NCBI GenBank assembly: GCA_047150005.1
Contig: AP038806.1
Coordinates: 3,616,001 to 3,680,000, forward strand
DNA from: Nitrospira sp.
GTDB lineage: Bacteria; Nitrospirota; Nitrospiria; Nitrospirales; Nitrospiraceae
DNA length: 64,000 bases
Direction of reading: 5' to 3'
Translations under genes and position numbers: made by a program
Part shown: positions 20,023-30,263 of the stretch, piece by piece
How the letters are laid out: every line of letters starts with the position of its first letter
Numbering within the stretch: position 1 is the first letter of the stretch
The notes under the pieces: generated by a model
The model's database searches: none
The model's input: the letters and a program-made list of their open reading frames with translations, nothing else
What the model was told of the DNA's origin: nothing

Positions 20023-20037
20023 TGGCACACGTGTTGC
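20023..20037 (+). promoter_or_regulatory. Sigma54 (-24/-12) promoter
   Basis: TGGCACACGTGTTGC matches TGGCAC-N5-TTGC, about 80 nt upstream of the peroxidase ATG. Confidence 0.7.
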
Positions 20038-20118
20038 TCGGCTCTCCCTCCTCGGGCCTCGCCGGAACCGCATCCTGATTCAGACTCGAGAACGATCCGA
20101 GTACACAAAGGAGGACTC

Positions 20119-21741
20119 ATGCCGCCCGCAAACCGATCCCATATCAGATCCGCCGCGCTGGCCACGATAGTTGGATGCTCGACTTTCGCAGCCGTGTCCC
20201 CGTTCATGGCTTCGGCGGACACGCTTTTTCTCAAGTCGCCGAGACAGCCGTCACGCTCCGATGACTCGTTCATTCGCATGTTTCCCGGACTTCCTCCCTT
20301 CGCCCCCGCGACCGACGAGATGCGGGACAAAGCGAAGAAGGTCGGCGAAGCCGGCGGCATTCTGGACGCGAAGGATCTGTTGACCGATCCGATCCAATCA
20401 ATCACGAACCCGGCCGTGTTCAGCCCGAACAATCCCGACAATCCCAACATGACCGCTGGCATGACTTTTCTTGGTCAGTTCATTGACCATGACCTGACGC
20501 TCGATCCCAAGTCACCGTTGCTGCAGGACGCCGATCCCCGACGCACCACTAACTTCCGTACCGCGGCATTTGATCTCGACAGCGTATACGGCGACGGTCC
20601 GAAGGATTCGCCGGAACTCTACGACCGCAGTTCCGGGGACATCAAGATGCGCATCGAAGCGTTGCCCGGATCGGAAGCGGTATCGCGCAAAGGAGCGGTC
20701 CGTTACGATGTGCCGCGCGATGCCAGCAACAACGCCATCATCGGCGACAGTCGAAACGACGAAAACGTCGTCATCAGCCAATTTCACCTGGCGATGCTGC
20801 GCTTTCACAACGCCGTGATCGACAATCTGCGTGCGAAACCGGAGCTGGCAAAGGCCGCCCCGGACCGCATTTTTCAAATGGCGCAGCGCATGGTCCAGTG
20901 GCACTACCAGTGGATCGTGCTCCATGAATTTCTTCCGATGACCATCGGACAGGATCGCGTGGACGATATCCTGCGCGGCGGCACGAAGTTCTATAACGGG
21001 GACGATGCGCGGTTCAGAAATCTGCGCGGCAACCCGCAGATCCCGGTGGAATTCTCGGTGTCCGCCTATCGATTCGGCCATTCCCAAGTTCGTCCGAGCT
21101 ACCGCCTGAACTTCGGGCCGGACGGCGGGAATCCGGTGTTCGTCTTCATCTTCGACGACAGCAACGATCCAAACGATCCGGACCCGGCCGACATGCGCGG
21201 AGGCAAGCGAGCCGCGCGTCGCTTCATCGACTGGCAGACCTTTTTCAATTTCGGGGACAGCAACTTCCGCTCGAACAAGCGCATCGACGCCAAATTGTCC
21301 ACGCCGCTGATGCACCTGCTGGGCTCACGCGGCCCGGCTCCAGGCATGCCGCAGGACGGGGTGCAATCGCTGGCATCCCGCAATCTGATGAGACACGTCA
21401 ACTTCGGGCTCCCGTCCGGGCAGGCCATCGCCCGACTCATGGGGGTGCAGGTGCTTACACCCGCCCAATTGATCGAATTGCAGCCGTATAGCATGGATCG
21501 AAGCACGCCGCTCTGGTACTACGTGCTCAAGGAGGCCCAAGTACTGGAAGACGGAGTTCGGATGGGACCGGTGGGAGGACGGATCGTGGGAGAAGTGTTC
21601 ATCGGCCTGCTTAAGGCGGACCGGAGTTCATATCTGACGGCGGATCGGAACTGGAAGCCGACCTTGCCGTCTGCGACGGCCGGCGACTTCAAAGTCACGG
21701 ACCTGCTCCGGTTTGCCGGCGTGGTACCGCCGTTGAACTGA
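20119..21741 (+). CDS. Exported heme peroxidase (peroxidase-cyclooxygenase superfamily)
   Basis: GQFIDHD distal motif, DSRNDEN, AYRFGHS proximal His, TPLWYY; signal peptide; GAGGA RBS. Confidence 0.88.
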   Translation: MPPANRSHIRSAALATIVGCSTFAAVSPFMASADTLFLKSPRQPSRSDDSFIRMFPGLPPFAPATDEMRDKAKKVGEAGGILDAKDLLTDPIQSITNPAVFSPNNPDNPNMTAGMTFLGQFIDHDLTLDPKSPLLQDADPRRTTNFRTAAFDLDSVYGDGPKDSPELYDRSSGDIKMRIEALPGSEAVSRKGAVRYDVPRDASNNAIIGDSRNDENVVISQFHLAMLRFHNAVIDNLRAKPELAKAAPDRIFQMAQRMVQWHYQWIVLHEFLPMTIGQDRVDDILRGGTKFYNGDDARFRNLRGNPQIPVEFSVSAYRFGHSQVRPSYRLNFGPDGGNPVFVFIFDDSNDPNDPDPADMRGGKRAARRFIDWQTFFNFGDSNFRSNKRIDAKLSTPLMHLLGSRGPAPGMPQDGVQSLASRNLMRHVNFGLPSGQAIARLMGVQVLTPAQLIELQPYSMDRSTPLWYYVLKEAQVLEDGVRMGPVGGRIVGEVFIGLLKADRSSYLTADRNWKPTLPSATAGDFKVTDLLRFAGVVPPLN

Positions 21742-21757
21742 GCCGTGGGCAGACTGA

Positions 21758-22243
21758 TCAGTGAGACGCTGCGGCGCCTGCTTCAGGCGCCGCAGCCCCG
21801 AGGCCTGACTGTTTGCCGCCCCAATTGGTGGCGGTGACACAGACGCCGGCTTCACGGTCCGAAACCGGAATGTCGCGGATCGTCACCTGCGCTCCGCCGC
21901 GGGCGTCATTGGTCCAGATGCGGAACGCCTTCGGCTTCGATTCCGGCCCGGTGAGATAAATTGTCGTGAAGGCCAGGGTGGTCAGTGCGATCCCATTCTG
22001 ATCCTGAGTCGGTTCGCGATAGGACACGATGATCTTCTGCTTTCCCTCAGGAAGCGACACCGTCAAGGTCGGACAGTCGGAAGGGAGTACGGGATCAAGA
22101 GTCGTCTCTTTTCTTAGTTCCTCGCTTAACGCATTCTTGACGAGGGTCTTCGAAGTGAGCGTTTCACATGCGGCGGAGAGGAGTCCCAGAGCAACCAGTG
22201 CGCAGACCTGCGCACCCGCGAATATCCCGTAAGCTCTTTTCAT
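21758..22243 (-). CDS. Hypothetical lipoprotein
   Basis: Lipobox-like LSAAC after a hydrophobic stretch; coupled to upstream stop. Confidence 0.6.
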   Translation of the reverse strand: MKRAYGIFAGAQVCALVALGLLSAACETLTSKTLVKNALSEELRKETTLDPVLPSDCPTLTVSLPEGKQKIIVSYREPTQDQNGIALTTLAFTTIYLTGPESKPKAFRIWTNDARGGAQVTIRDIPVSDREAGVCVTATNWGGKQSGLGAAAPEAGAAASH

Positions 22244-22710
22244 GGCGTCAATTCATCCTCCAGTCTGATTAAAGCCGCCGCTCGGCGGCGCGGGACGACG
22301 CGTCCCTCTTCCAAATCCTGAAGATCGGCCCAACTGGTCAAGTCGGTTCGCAAAGGATCGACGGCATCCCGATAGGCGTTGAACCGTTTCAGACTCTCTG
22401 CGGAACTCGGCCCCCTGAGCAGCAGAGCCGTATTCCACTGGTCCAACTCAACCGGCGACCGAGGTCTCGCCGTCCGCTGAAACCAGGCGATCACCCCTTC
22501 GTCGGACGGCGAAATGCTCACCGTCCTGGTAAACTGCTCGGCCGTAATTTCGGCAAACTCCATCAACCGCTCGTCCATGGGACAGGGATAAATGTATTCG
22601 CCTTCGGTTCCGGCCAGCACCGCGCGGCATTTGTCGATCATGCGCCCCAAGTGTACGTACCCGGCGAGCTTCACCCTCATGCTCCTCGGGAACGAGTTCC
22701 GGAGATCCAT
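22240..22710 (-). CDS. DUF5069-like protein
   Basis: PRS...LAGYVHLGRMIDKCRA...GEYIYPCPMD pattern. Confidence 0.75.
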   Translation of the reverse strand: MDLRNSFPRSMRVKLAGYVHLGRMIDKCRAVLAGTEGEYIYPCPMDERLMEFAEITAEQFTRTVSISPSDEGVIAWFQRTARPRSPVELDQWNTALLLRGPSSAESLKRFNAYRDAVDPLRTDLTSWADLQDLEEGRVVPRRRAAALIRLEDELTP

Positions 22711-22714
22711 CCGT

Positions 22715-23389
22715 TCACAGCAGCCGGTGATTGGAAAACGTGAGGCTCTTGACCACCACGCGGCCGTTCTCATAGCTGATGATCCGTCTCGTGCCGGGCA
22801 GGTCGGAGTCGCCGACCCGTACGTGGCTATCGCTGAAGCTCTCCACGTTGTTCAGCTTGCCGTCCTTGGGGGAGTAGTAGTAGACCGTATATCGGGTCGT
22901 GAGATTTTTGCCGTCTTGGGTGACGGCACTGTCCTCGACGTTGATCGTGAACGCGAACGGAGCCATGCCGGGGTGGGCCATCGTCCGATTGATCTGGGTG
23001 ATCCGGTCGTTCTTCAACCGATAAAACGAGTTGGAGCCGTGAATGTGGAGCTTGACGCCGAGCGGATGACCGTCCTCCTCCATGGTCAGCGAATACTTCC
23101 CGTCGGACTCCTCGAAGCTGCGCGGTCCGCGATGAACGGCAATCATGCCCAGCTGCTCCTGCGCCCATTTCTGAATGTCGCCGTCTGGCAGTTGCACCGA
23201 CACCTCGCGCGGACCTTTGACCATGATCGGGCCGGTGATCTCCGCCCCGTCGACGTTGACGGTCAGATCGGCCGTGAACCCTTTGAAGTCTTTCTGCCAT
23301 CGGGCTGTTTTTTCAAACGCTTTTCTCAAGGCTTCACGCGCGCGGGGATCGTCGGCTACGGTCGGTCGCTCTGGTGTCTGTTCATCCAT
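22715..23389 (-). CDS. DUF3386-like protein
   Basis: AFEKTARW..DFKGFTA, IAVHR.PRSFEE, LPGTRRI; GGAG RBS. Confidence 0.75.
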   Translation of the reverse strand: MDEQTPERPTVADDPRAREALRKAFEKTARWQKDFKGFTADLTVNVDGAEITGPIMVKGPREVSVQLPDGDIQKWAQEQLGMIAVHRGPRSFEESDGKYSLTMEEDGHPLGVKLHIHGSNSFYRLKNDRITQINRTMAHPGMAPFAFTINVEDSAVTQDGKNLTTRYTVYYYSPKDGKLNNVESFSDSHVRVGDSDLPGTRRIISYENGRVVVKSLTFSNHRLL

Positions 23390-23574
23390 GGGGTTCTCCA
23401 AAAGAGTGAAGGTCTATAAGGGATCCTCTCACGACTGATTATACTCGTCTTCCGGAAGGGCGCTCAATGGGGGAGCATTTTCAAATGTCTTTCGACTCTG
23501 TTATAGTTCGATAATTTTTCCGGATCTCCCTCCCAACGGGGGAGCTGCAGCGATGAAGAATCGGGGGAAGCGAG

Positions 23575-23910
23575 ATGGAACGAAGGGCAGCGTCGCATAC
23601 CGAAGAAGAAGAGATGAACCAGCGGCGTCGTCTTCTGAATGCCGCGAAGAAGGGCGACCAGAAGGCCGTGGCGAAACTCTTTGAGCTGTATCAAGTTCGC
23701 GTCTACAACAGCGAAATGGTGAACAAGCTGAACCGCGCGGCCGGCACACACAAGCTGCAGGGCAAAGGGGCTGCTGCAAAACAGTCGAAGGGAGCCGCGG
23801 CCGCGAAGCATGCCCAGATGAAAGGCCAGCATCAACGGGGAAAAACCGCACCGTTGAAGAAGTCCGTTCCTCACTCGACGAAGGATCGGGCTGCGAAACA
23901 CAAGAAGTGA
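23575..23910 (+). CDS. Small basic hypothetical protein
   Basis: Lys/Ala-rich C-terminal tail; start may be 23614. Confidence 0.6.
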   Translation: MERRAASHTEEEEMNQRRRLLNAAKKGDQKAVAKLFELYQVRVYNSEMVNKLNRAAGTHKLQGKGAAAKQSKGAAAAKHAQMKGQHQRGKTAPLKKSVPHSTKDRAAKHKK

Positions 23911-23920
23911 TCCGGCGCGG

Positions 23921-24217
23921 CTATTGAACCGCCACGCGCAACCCGCCCTTGCCCAGCTTTCCGGCAATCTCCTCCGCCTGTTTCCAGTCGCCGGTGAACA
24001 CGACGGCTTCTCCATGATGATCGATCTTCCAGGCCAACTCGAAGGCTCTAGATGCGGTCATCCCGGGAATACATTCGCAAAACAGCCCGATGACCTGTTG
24101 ATAGGTGTGACAGTCGCAGTTGTAGACGACGACGCGGGCCTCGAGACCGTCGCCGGCGCCGGTCGAAGGCGTTTCCGTAGCCAAGGGAGTCGCGACTGGT
24201 GTGGGGGATTCGGCCAT
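23921..24217 (-). CDS. clpS: ClpS-family Clp protease adaptor
   Basis: RVVVYNCDCHTYQQVI...AWKIDHHGEAVV. Confidence 0.8.
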   Translation of the reverse strand: MAESPTPVATPLATETPSTGAGDGLEARVVVYNCDCHTYQQVIGLFCECIPGMTASRAFELAWKIDHHGEAVVFTGDWKQAEEIAGKLGKGGLRVAVQ

Positions 24218-24379
24218 AGGCTCCGGAATTCTAGCAGAGTTGCGCGCTACGATTAACATCCAGGTCGAGGGACCGCCTCGGCGTGTCCGCCCCCTTCGTT
24301 CATCGAACGATTCTCACACATCGCCACAATCAGAACCGTCTCGCACCATTCATCGACAAAGCCGGGGGCCCATGCTAGG

Positions 24380-25462
24380 GTGCCGACAATGAAGGATCTC
24401 TTCAGATCTTGGCTCGATGTCTTGCTCATTTTTGTCCCGGTCTCGGTGGCCCTGGAGCTGTTCCATGCCGACCCGCTCGCGGTATTTGTCTGTTCCGCTC
24501 TGGCCATCATTCCGCTCGCCGGTGTCCTTGGGCGCGCGACCGAACACCTGTCCTCCCATGTCGGAGAAGGAATCGGGGGGCTGCTCAACGCCTCTCTCGG
24601 CAACGCCGCGGAGTTGATTATCGCGCTGGCGGCATTACGAAACGGCCTGCACGATGTCGTCAAGGCGTCGCTCACCGGATCGATTCTGGGCAATATCCTT
24701 CTCGTTCTCGGCGCCGCCATGATCGCCGGCGGCATCAAATACGAACGGCAGAAGTTCAACCAAACGGCGGCCGGTATGGGATCGAGCTTGTTGCTTCTCG
24801 CCGCCGTCGGCTTGACCATTCCCGCAGTCTTTCATCTGACGGCGGCCTCGCAAGGCGCAGCGGTCGAACGAGAACTGAGTCTCGAGATCGCGATTGTATT
24901 ATTCGCCATTTACGTGTTGAGTCTCGTGTTTTCCTTGAAGACGCATCGTCATGTCTATGTCGGCGAGGGACATGGCCCTGCCGACCTCGGTGAAATCCAA
25001 TGGACCCAGACCAAATCAACCGTGGTCCTGAGTGCAACCACCGTCCTTATTGCCGTCATGAGCGAGATGCTCGTGGGAGCCTTGGAGCCGGCGGCCCGCC
25101 GCCTCGGCATGACGCAACTCTTCGTCGGCGTCGTGCTCGTCGCCTTGGTGGGCAACGCCGCCGAACATTCGACCGCCGTCATGGTGGCGGTGAAGAACAA
25201 GATGGATCTGGCACTCGGCATCGCCGTGGGATCCAGCCTTCAGATCGCGCTCTTGGTCGCGCCGGTCCTCGTGTTCGCCAGCTACTGCTTCGGCAAACCG
25301 CTCGACTTGATCTTCACGCCCTTCGAGGTAGCCGCCGTCACCATGTCCGTATTGATCGTCGGTTTCGTCGCCATGGACGGCGAATCACACTGGATGGAGG
25401 GAGTCATGCTGGTGGGAGTCTACGCGATGCTGGCGGTGGCGTTTTTTTTCCTGCCTGCCTAG
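24380..25462 (+). CDS. cax: Calcium/proton antiporter
   Basis: [38 protein letters not shown]. Confidence 0.95.
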   Translation: MPTMKDLFRSWLDVLLIFVPVSVALELFHADPLAVFVCSALAIIPLAGVLGRATEHLSSHVGEGIGGLLNASLGNAAELIIALAALRNGLHDVVKASLTGSILGNILLVLGAAMIAGGIKYERQKFNQTAAGMGSSLLLLAAVGLTIPAVFHLTAASQGAAVERELSLEIAIVLFAIYVLSLVFSLKTHRHVYVGEGHGPADLGEIQWTQTKSTVVLSATTVLIAVMSEMLVGALEPAARRLGMTQLFVGVVLVALVGNAAEHSTAVMVAVKNKMDLALGIAVGSSLQIALLVAPVLVFASYCFGKPLDLIFTPFEVAAVTMSVLIVGFVAMDGESHWMEGVMLVGVYAMLAVAFFFLPA

Positions 25463-25476
25463 CGCGTGACGACGGG

Positions 25477-25686
25477 TTAGAACCGATCCATGTCGATGAC
25501 TTCCGTGGCATCCCAGAGATTCTTGCTCTCGGCATCCGCCAGGGCCTTCACCCGATCCTCTTCCGTCTCCTCGCCATACTGGCCAGGCGAAGCCGGCTTG
25601 GCGGCAGGATCTGGCTGACTAGGCGGCTTCGCCGCCGAAGAAGGTGTCTGTCGACGCTTCTTGGCTGGATCCATGTTCACCGGCAC
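25477..25686 (-). CDS. Hypothetical protein
   Basis: GAGGAGG RBS; fills the gap between cax and hemW. Confidence 0.5.
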   Translation of the reverse strand: MPVNMDPAKKRRQTPSSAAKPPSQPDPAAKPASPGQYGEETEEDRVKALADAESKNLWDATEVIDMDRF

Positions 25687-25760
25687 GTGCGGTTCCTCCT
25701 CAGGCCTTTCATGCAGTTTCCCCCTCCCGGAAAGGAAAAGTCAATCTCGCGGTTGACACA

Positions 25761-26894
25761 TCAGTATAGCTGTTCCGCAACGTGGTCCGCATAGAGACGC
25801 CCCCTGGCCGTCAATCTGGTATACCGATCCACTTCTTCGATCAAGTGTCCGTCCCGCAAGCGGCTGATCGTGCGGCCATGGCCGTAATTCACGCCGTGAG
25901 CGGAGAGGCTGGCCGTCGGGACCCCCCGGCTCAGCCTGAGCCCGAAGATGACGGAATCCCTGAGGCGCTCCTGGTCGGACAAGACGGCATGATCGGACAG
26001 AGGCAGCCGCTGAGCGGCCAAATCCGCCTGATAGGCATTCAAGCTTGCCGTCTTGCCGAACCGAGCGCCGTTCAGAAAAGATTGCGCGCTCGGGCCGAGG
26101 CCCAAGTAATCGCCATGCGTCCAATACAGAAGATTGTGGCGACACATGTGTCCCGGTTTGGCGTAGTTCGATATCTCGTATCGCTCGTATCCAGCCGCGC
26201 TCAACATGACGTGGGCCGTCTCATCCATGGCGACCTGTAGCGCTTCATCCGGAGGCAAACAACGGCGGGCTTCGATATCCCCGGCCAGCGCCGTCCCCGG
26301 TTCGACGGTCAGGGCGTAGCACGACAGGTGTGCGGGAGTCAGGTCGAGACATCGCTCCAGCGTCGAGTTCCAACTGGCTATCGATTGGCCTGGGAGCCCG
26401 TACATCACGTCAAGATTGATATCCGCGAAACCGGCCTTGCGAGCCTGCCGCACGGCGGCGACCGTTTCACCGGCAAGCGCAGCGCGCCCGATGCCGGCGA
26501 GTTCGCTGTCCTCCATCGATTCGGCCCCGAAACTCATACGGGTGAATCCGGCGTCCGCAAGCGCCGAGAGATCCTTCAAGACAACAGTGGCGGGATGCGC
26601 TTCGATCGTCACCTCGCAATCGACCGACCATTCAAAATGACCTCGGATGCCGTCGAGAATACCGATCAGATCCGATGTCTCCAAGGCCGTAGGGGTTCCA
26701 CCGCCGAAATACACGGAACTCAGCGGCCGTCCCCGCACATCGTCCTGCCGCGCATGGAGCGCCATCTCGGTGTGCAGTGCAGCCAGAAACCTGTCGGCCG
26801 CCGCCCGGTGATGGACTTCCAGATAGAACGAGCAGAAGTCGCACCGACGCCGACAGAACGGGATGTGGACATAGAGGCCGAGTGGCTGGCTCAT
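25761..26894 (-). CDS. hemW: Radical SAM heme chaperone HemW (HemN-like)
   Basis: LYVHIPFCRRRCDFC, YFGGGTP, YEISNYA, HNLLYW. Confidence 0.93.
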   Translation of the reverse strand: MSQPLGLYVHIPFCRRRCDFCSFYLEVHHRAAADRFLAALHTEMALHARQDDVRGRPLSSVYFGGGTPTALETSDLIGILDGIRGHFEWSVDCEVTIEAHPATVVLKDLSALADAGFTRMSFGAESMEDSELAGIGRAALAGETVAAVRQARKAGFADINLDVMYGLPGQSIASWNSTLERCLDLTPAHLSCYALTVEPGTALAGDIEARRCLPPDEALQVAMDETAHVMLSAAGYERYEISNYAKPGHMCRHNLLYWTHGDYLGLGPSAQSFLNGARFGKTASLNAYQADLAAQRLPLSDHAVLSDQERLRDSVIFGLRLSRGVPTASLSAHGVNYGHGRTISRLRDGHLIEEVDRYTRLTARGRLYADHVAEQLY

Positions 26895-27163
26895 GATCGA
26901 ATGCGGAACGGCTGCGGATTGGAATAATCCCGTGACACCACGACCTCGATCTCGTCGACCGGCGAGATCCCGCGATTGCGGATGTGCGCGCTCCAGGCCG
27001 GATGTTGCCGGAGCGAGTCGAACACACTCTTCAGCAGTTGCGGTTTGATCCGTGCTTCCCAATCGCGGACCCAGGCGAATTCGTCTTCCTCACCTTCATA
27101 ATCCTCAGGAAAAGACACCTCCAAACTGAAACGGAGGCGAAAGGTCTTTTCTTCCCGGTGCAT
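26891..27163 (-). CDS. Hypothetical protein
   Basis: GAGGAG RBS, start MHREEKTF; ATGA-coupled to hemW. Confidence 0.7.
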   Translation of the reverse strand: MHREEKTFRLRFSLEVSFPEDYEGEEDEFAWVRDWEARIKPQLLKSVFDSLRQHPAWSAHIRNRGISPVDEIEVVVSRDYSNPQPFRIRS

Positions 27164-27232
27164 CGGTCTCCTCGCGGATTGCAAGGCCGGATAGACGATT
27201 CTATAATGACGCTCCGACAAAGGAGCCTTACC

Positions 27233-27457
27233 ATGCCTATCTTCGAATATGTCTGTCGCGATTGCAATCATCGATTCGAGCTGCTGATTCAGGGCTCGAT
27301 GCAGGCCACCTGCCCCCAATGCCGCTCTGGCAATCCGGAGAAGCAGTTCTCCGCGTTCGGTGTCGGTGCGACTGAATCCTGGGCGACGTCTTCGGGAGCA
27401 GGTGCGTGCGGGAGTTGCGGTGATCCGCGAGGTCCCGGGGCCTGCTCCATGAATTGA
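27233..27457 (+). CDS. FmdB-family zinc-ribbon protein
   Basis: MPIFEYVCRDC...CPQC...CGSC; AAGGAG RBS. Confidence 0.9.
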   Translation: MPIFEYVCRDCNHRFELLIQGSMQATCPQCRSGNPEKQFSAFGVGATESWATSSGAGACGSCGDPRGPGACSMN

Positions 27458-27459
27458 CT

Positions 27460-27780
27460 ATGGAGTCTGCAGAGAAGGTCTTGCAACAGGCCATCGCCGC
27501 GATCGCGCAATCCGACCCCTTGGTCAAGCTTCTTCAGCAGGTCAAGATGGGTCGTATGAAATCCACGGATCCCGGACTGGCAGCTGTGACGGAATCATGG
27601 CTGGCGACTTACCGGAAGGCCGTTGCGGCGGAGGGACTGACCAAGCAGGCTCTCAGGCGGATCGATCCGGAGCCGCGCCTGGCTCTCTTGATCGAGTTAG
27701 GTATCGTGACCTCCGCTCATCCGTCCGTCACAGCCCTTGTGGCGAATTTTGAACAGGCCCTCGCGCGGGCGAATGACTAA
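27460..27780 (+). CDS. Hypothetical protein
   Basis: ORF abutting the FmdB gene. Confidence 0.65.
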   Translation: MESAEKVLQQAIAAIAQSDPLVKLLQQVKMGRMKSTDPGLAAVTESWLATYRKAVAAEGLTKQALRRIDPEPRLALLIELGIVTSAHPSVTALVANFEQALARAND

Positions 27781-28453
27781 CTCCACCGTACGGCGTACGT
27801 GGCTCGCAACTCTTTGTCTCGGCGTGCTCCTCTCTGCGCTGAATGCCGCCGCCCAAGATGTGAGCGGGCGCGGTCCGTTGCATATCGTATCCGACCCCGC
27901 ACAGCTCAGCGCGTTTCTGCCCCTCTCCACGCACCTGATGCTCGAGCCTGTGTCGATCGAACGGCTTTTGGACCAGCTCGATGGACGGCCTCCGGACTGG
28001 CAGACCGTCTATGGACAGGGTCATCACGACCCCGGGCATGACGACCGACTGTTTTTGCTCAATCGCGAGCGTGATGCGCAGCGAGAGGGAAATCCAGCAC
28101 TGTCATGGGTGGTCACGTTCGCGTGGATCGGCGAACTCTCGCCGTTCGATCCGCAGGTGGGCGGATTTCCCGTCGCCCTTGGCCCGAAATTCATAGCCAC
28201 ACGATGGGGGATGGTGCGCTTCAAAGCCGAGGAACCGCCGGGGAATCTCGTGGTGATCGCCGACGAGGCCTCCGCCGAGATTCTTGACGCAAAATCCCAA
28301 CGGCCCTTGCCGCGAAACATCGATGTCCTCATGACCGGTCGGTTGCTGCCTGCCGAATCCCTGGTCTACGATTTTTCGCACGACCAAGAAGGATTAGGAC
28401 TCGTGATGCCGTTCGTCCGCGTGGAGCACATTCACTATGTGCTGATGCGGTAG
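27773..28453 (+). CDS. Exported hypothetical protein
   Basis: Signal-peptide-like N-terminus; overlaps upstream stop. Confidence 0.65.
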   Translation: MTNSTVRRTWLATLCLGVLLSALNAAAQDVSGRGPLHIVSDPAQLSAFLPLSTHLMLEPVSIERLLDQLDGRPPDWQTVYGQGHHDPGHDDRLFLLNRERDAQREGNPALSWVVTFAWIGELSPFDPQVGGFPVALGPKFIATRWGMVRFKAEEPPGNLVVIADEASAEILDAKSQRPLPRNIDVLMTGRLLPAESLVYDFSHDQEGLGLVMPFVRVEHIHYVLMR

Positions 28454-28576
28454 CTACAACCTCGCTTTCACCTACGCGTTTGCCCGTCGCCGAGTTCCGA
28501 ACGCCCGCCTCTGGGAGTCGGCTCCGGGACCTTCCGCACCTCGTTCGGACCCGTATGGGGCCGGAGATCGCCACCG

Positions 28577-29455
28577 TCAAAACGCATCCTTCGCACAGCG
28601 AAATCCCGTTCCGCTCGGACGACTGTCCATCGTTCCCCAGTCACGGTCGCTCGTTCGAAGGCTGATGGCCGGCTTCAACCACGATCCTCCTCGCATGGAT
28701 TTGATGGCGCCGCGTTCCGGACCGACAGGGTCGGTGAGCGTGGCGGACCGGTAGTAATTGGGGTCGTACCAATCCTGGACCCATTCGGCTACATTGCCCG
28801 CCATGTCGTGGAGGCCGTAGGCACTCATTCCCTCAGGAAAACTGCCGACCGGCAAGGTCAGCACTTCGCCCTTGAGTCCCTTGGCCTTCGCGATCTGGGC
28901 TCCTTCTCCCTGGATCCAGAATGCTTCCCATTCCGTCGAGTTGGCGAAATCGATCCTCCGGCCGGCCCAATAGCTGGCACTGTTCGCCCAGAATGGGTTC
29001 CACACATTGCCCCAGGGATAGAGACGGCCGTCCGGACCGCGCGCGGCCTTTTCCCATTCGGCTTCGGTCGGCAACCGCTTTCCCTCCCATCGACAGAATG
29101 CCGACGCATCGAGCCAGCTGACATTGATGACCGGATGGCGCTCGGTGCCCGGCAAGGGGTGACGATTGTCCCAGAGAGTGACGCGCGGGTTGGAATTCTC
29201 CGGCATCGGATGTCCCGTTGAGGCGACGAACCGGTCGTAGGCCTCATTCGTGACCTCATAGACATCGATGTAGAAGCCGCCGACGTATATCAGCCGCTGC
29301 GGCTGCTCGTCCGGCAAGCCGCCGCCGGTCGGGGAGCCCATCAGGAATTCTCCGGCAGGAATCAAGACCATCGACGGCGGAGCGGAGAAGACGAAAGACG
29401 GACAAGACAGAAGTGCGACCAAGAGGAGGGGAGCCATGCGACGAGAAAGAGTCAC
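28577..29455 (-). CDS. Formylglycine-generating enzyme (FGE-sulfatase/SUMF1) family protein
   Basis: PAGEFLMGS, RLPTEAEWEKAARG, DMAGNVAEWV, RGGSW, GFRCA. Confidence 0.93.
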   Translation of the reverse strand: MTLSRRMAPLLLVALLSCPSFVFSAPPSMVLIPAGEFLMGSPTGGGLPDEQPQRLIYVGGFYIDVYEVTNEAYDRFVASTGHPMPENSNPRVTLWDNRHPLPGTERHPVINVSWLDASAFCRWEGKRLPTEAEWEKAARGPDGRLYPWGNVWNPFWANSASYWAGRRIDFANSTEWEAFWIQGEGAQIAKAKGLKGEVLTLPVGSFPEGMSAYGLHDMAGNVAEWVQDWYDPNYYRSATLTDPVGPERGAIKSMRGGSWLKPAISLRTSDRDWGTMDSRPSGTGFRCAKDAF

Positions 29456-30207
29456 GCGCCCGTCTTGGTCAGGCCGCACGCACGGGCCACCGCGTCGCGA
29501 TAGGCCTGCCAGAGCGCCAAACATTTCTGGAGGCAGGAAAGAATCGTCCGCTGCTGAATGCCTGTCATCGCGTAATTGACCACCATATCATAGGCATCGT
29601 GCCGATGCCCCGCTTCCACCATCTGATGGGCGCGAATCAGGTCCATGCAATCGGGCGAGAGACCATAGTGCTTGACCAGAGGATGCTCGCCGATAACGGC
29701 TTCGACTTCCTCCGCGGTCTTGGGTTTCGACGGCTCCGCGAGTTCCTTGCGGTCCTTGACGCTTCCTTCCACAAATACCGTCATGGCCGCCGCCCCGACC
29801 ACCCAATCGCGGTGGTCCGACGCCTGTTCCAGCCAGGCCCGGTAGCGTCTGGCCGCCGGAAGGAGTTGAATCCGTTCGAATTCCCGTCCCGCATAGCCGA
29901 GGCCGTTCATCATGCTGAGAAACAGATCGGGGTGCGATTTACCCAATGAGAGGCCGCCGGTATCCTCTTCGTAGATATTCTCCGCCAACATCCGTCTGAC
30001 GGCCGGCGGGGGATTGTGTCCATGGATGCGCGCGAGGAACACGGGAAAATCCCGGACGTACACTTCATACTCCTGCTGAAAGTGCCGCATAAGACGGTCG
30101 ACGGGAATTGTCCCCTTGGCAAAAAAGGGCCAGGCCCAGTGGTCCTTGCGATCCATGATGCGGAGGATTTCTTCTTGGAAGCGGGCTTTGGTCATACGCT
30201 TCGACAT
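29452..30207 (-). CDS. PqqC/TenA/CADD-like heme-oxygenase-fold iron enzyme
   Basis: LAENIYEEDTG...HPDLF and HQMVEAGH metal-ligand pattern. Confidence 0.78.
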   Translation of the reverse strand: MSKRMTKARFQEEILRIMDRKDHWAWPFFAKGTIPVDRLMRHFQQEYEVYVRDFPVFLARIHGHNPPPAVRRMLAENIYEEDTGGLSLGKSHPDLFLSMMNGLGYAGREFERIQLLPAARRYRAWLEQASDHRDWVVGAAAMTVFVEGSVKDRKELAEPSKPKTAEEVEAVIGEHPLVKHYGLSPDCMDLIRAHQMVEAGHRHDAYDMVVNYAMTGIQQRTILSCLQKCLALWQAYRDAVARACGLTKTGA

Positions 30208-30263
30208 GCTGGTTGCCTTCCTGACCGCCGACTCATTACAATTCGTAACAGAGTGGGGACGAA

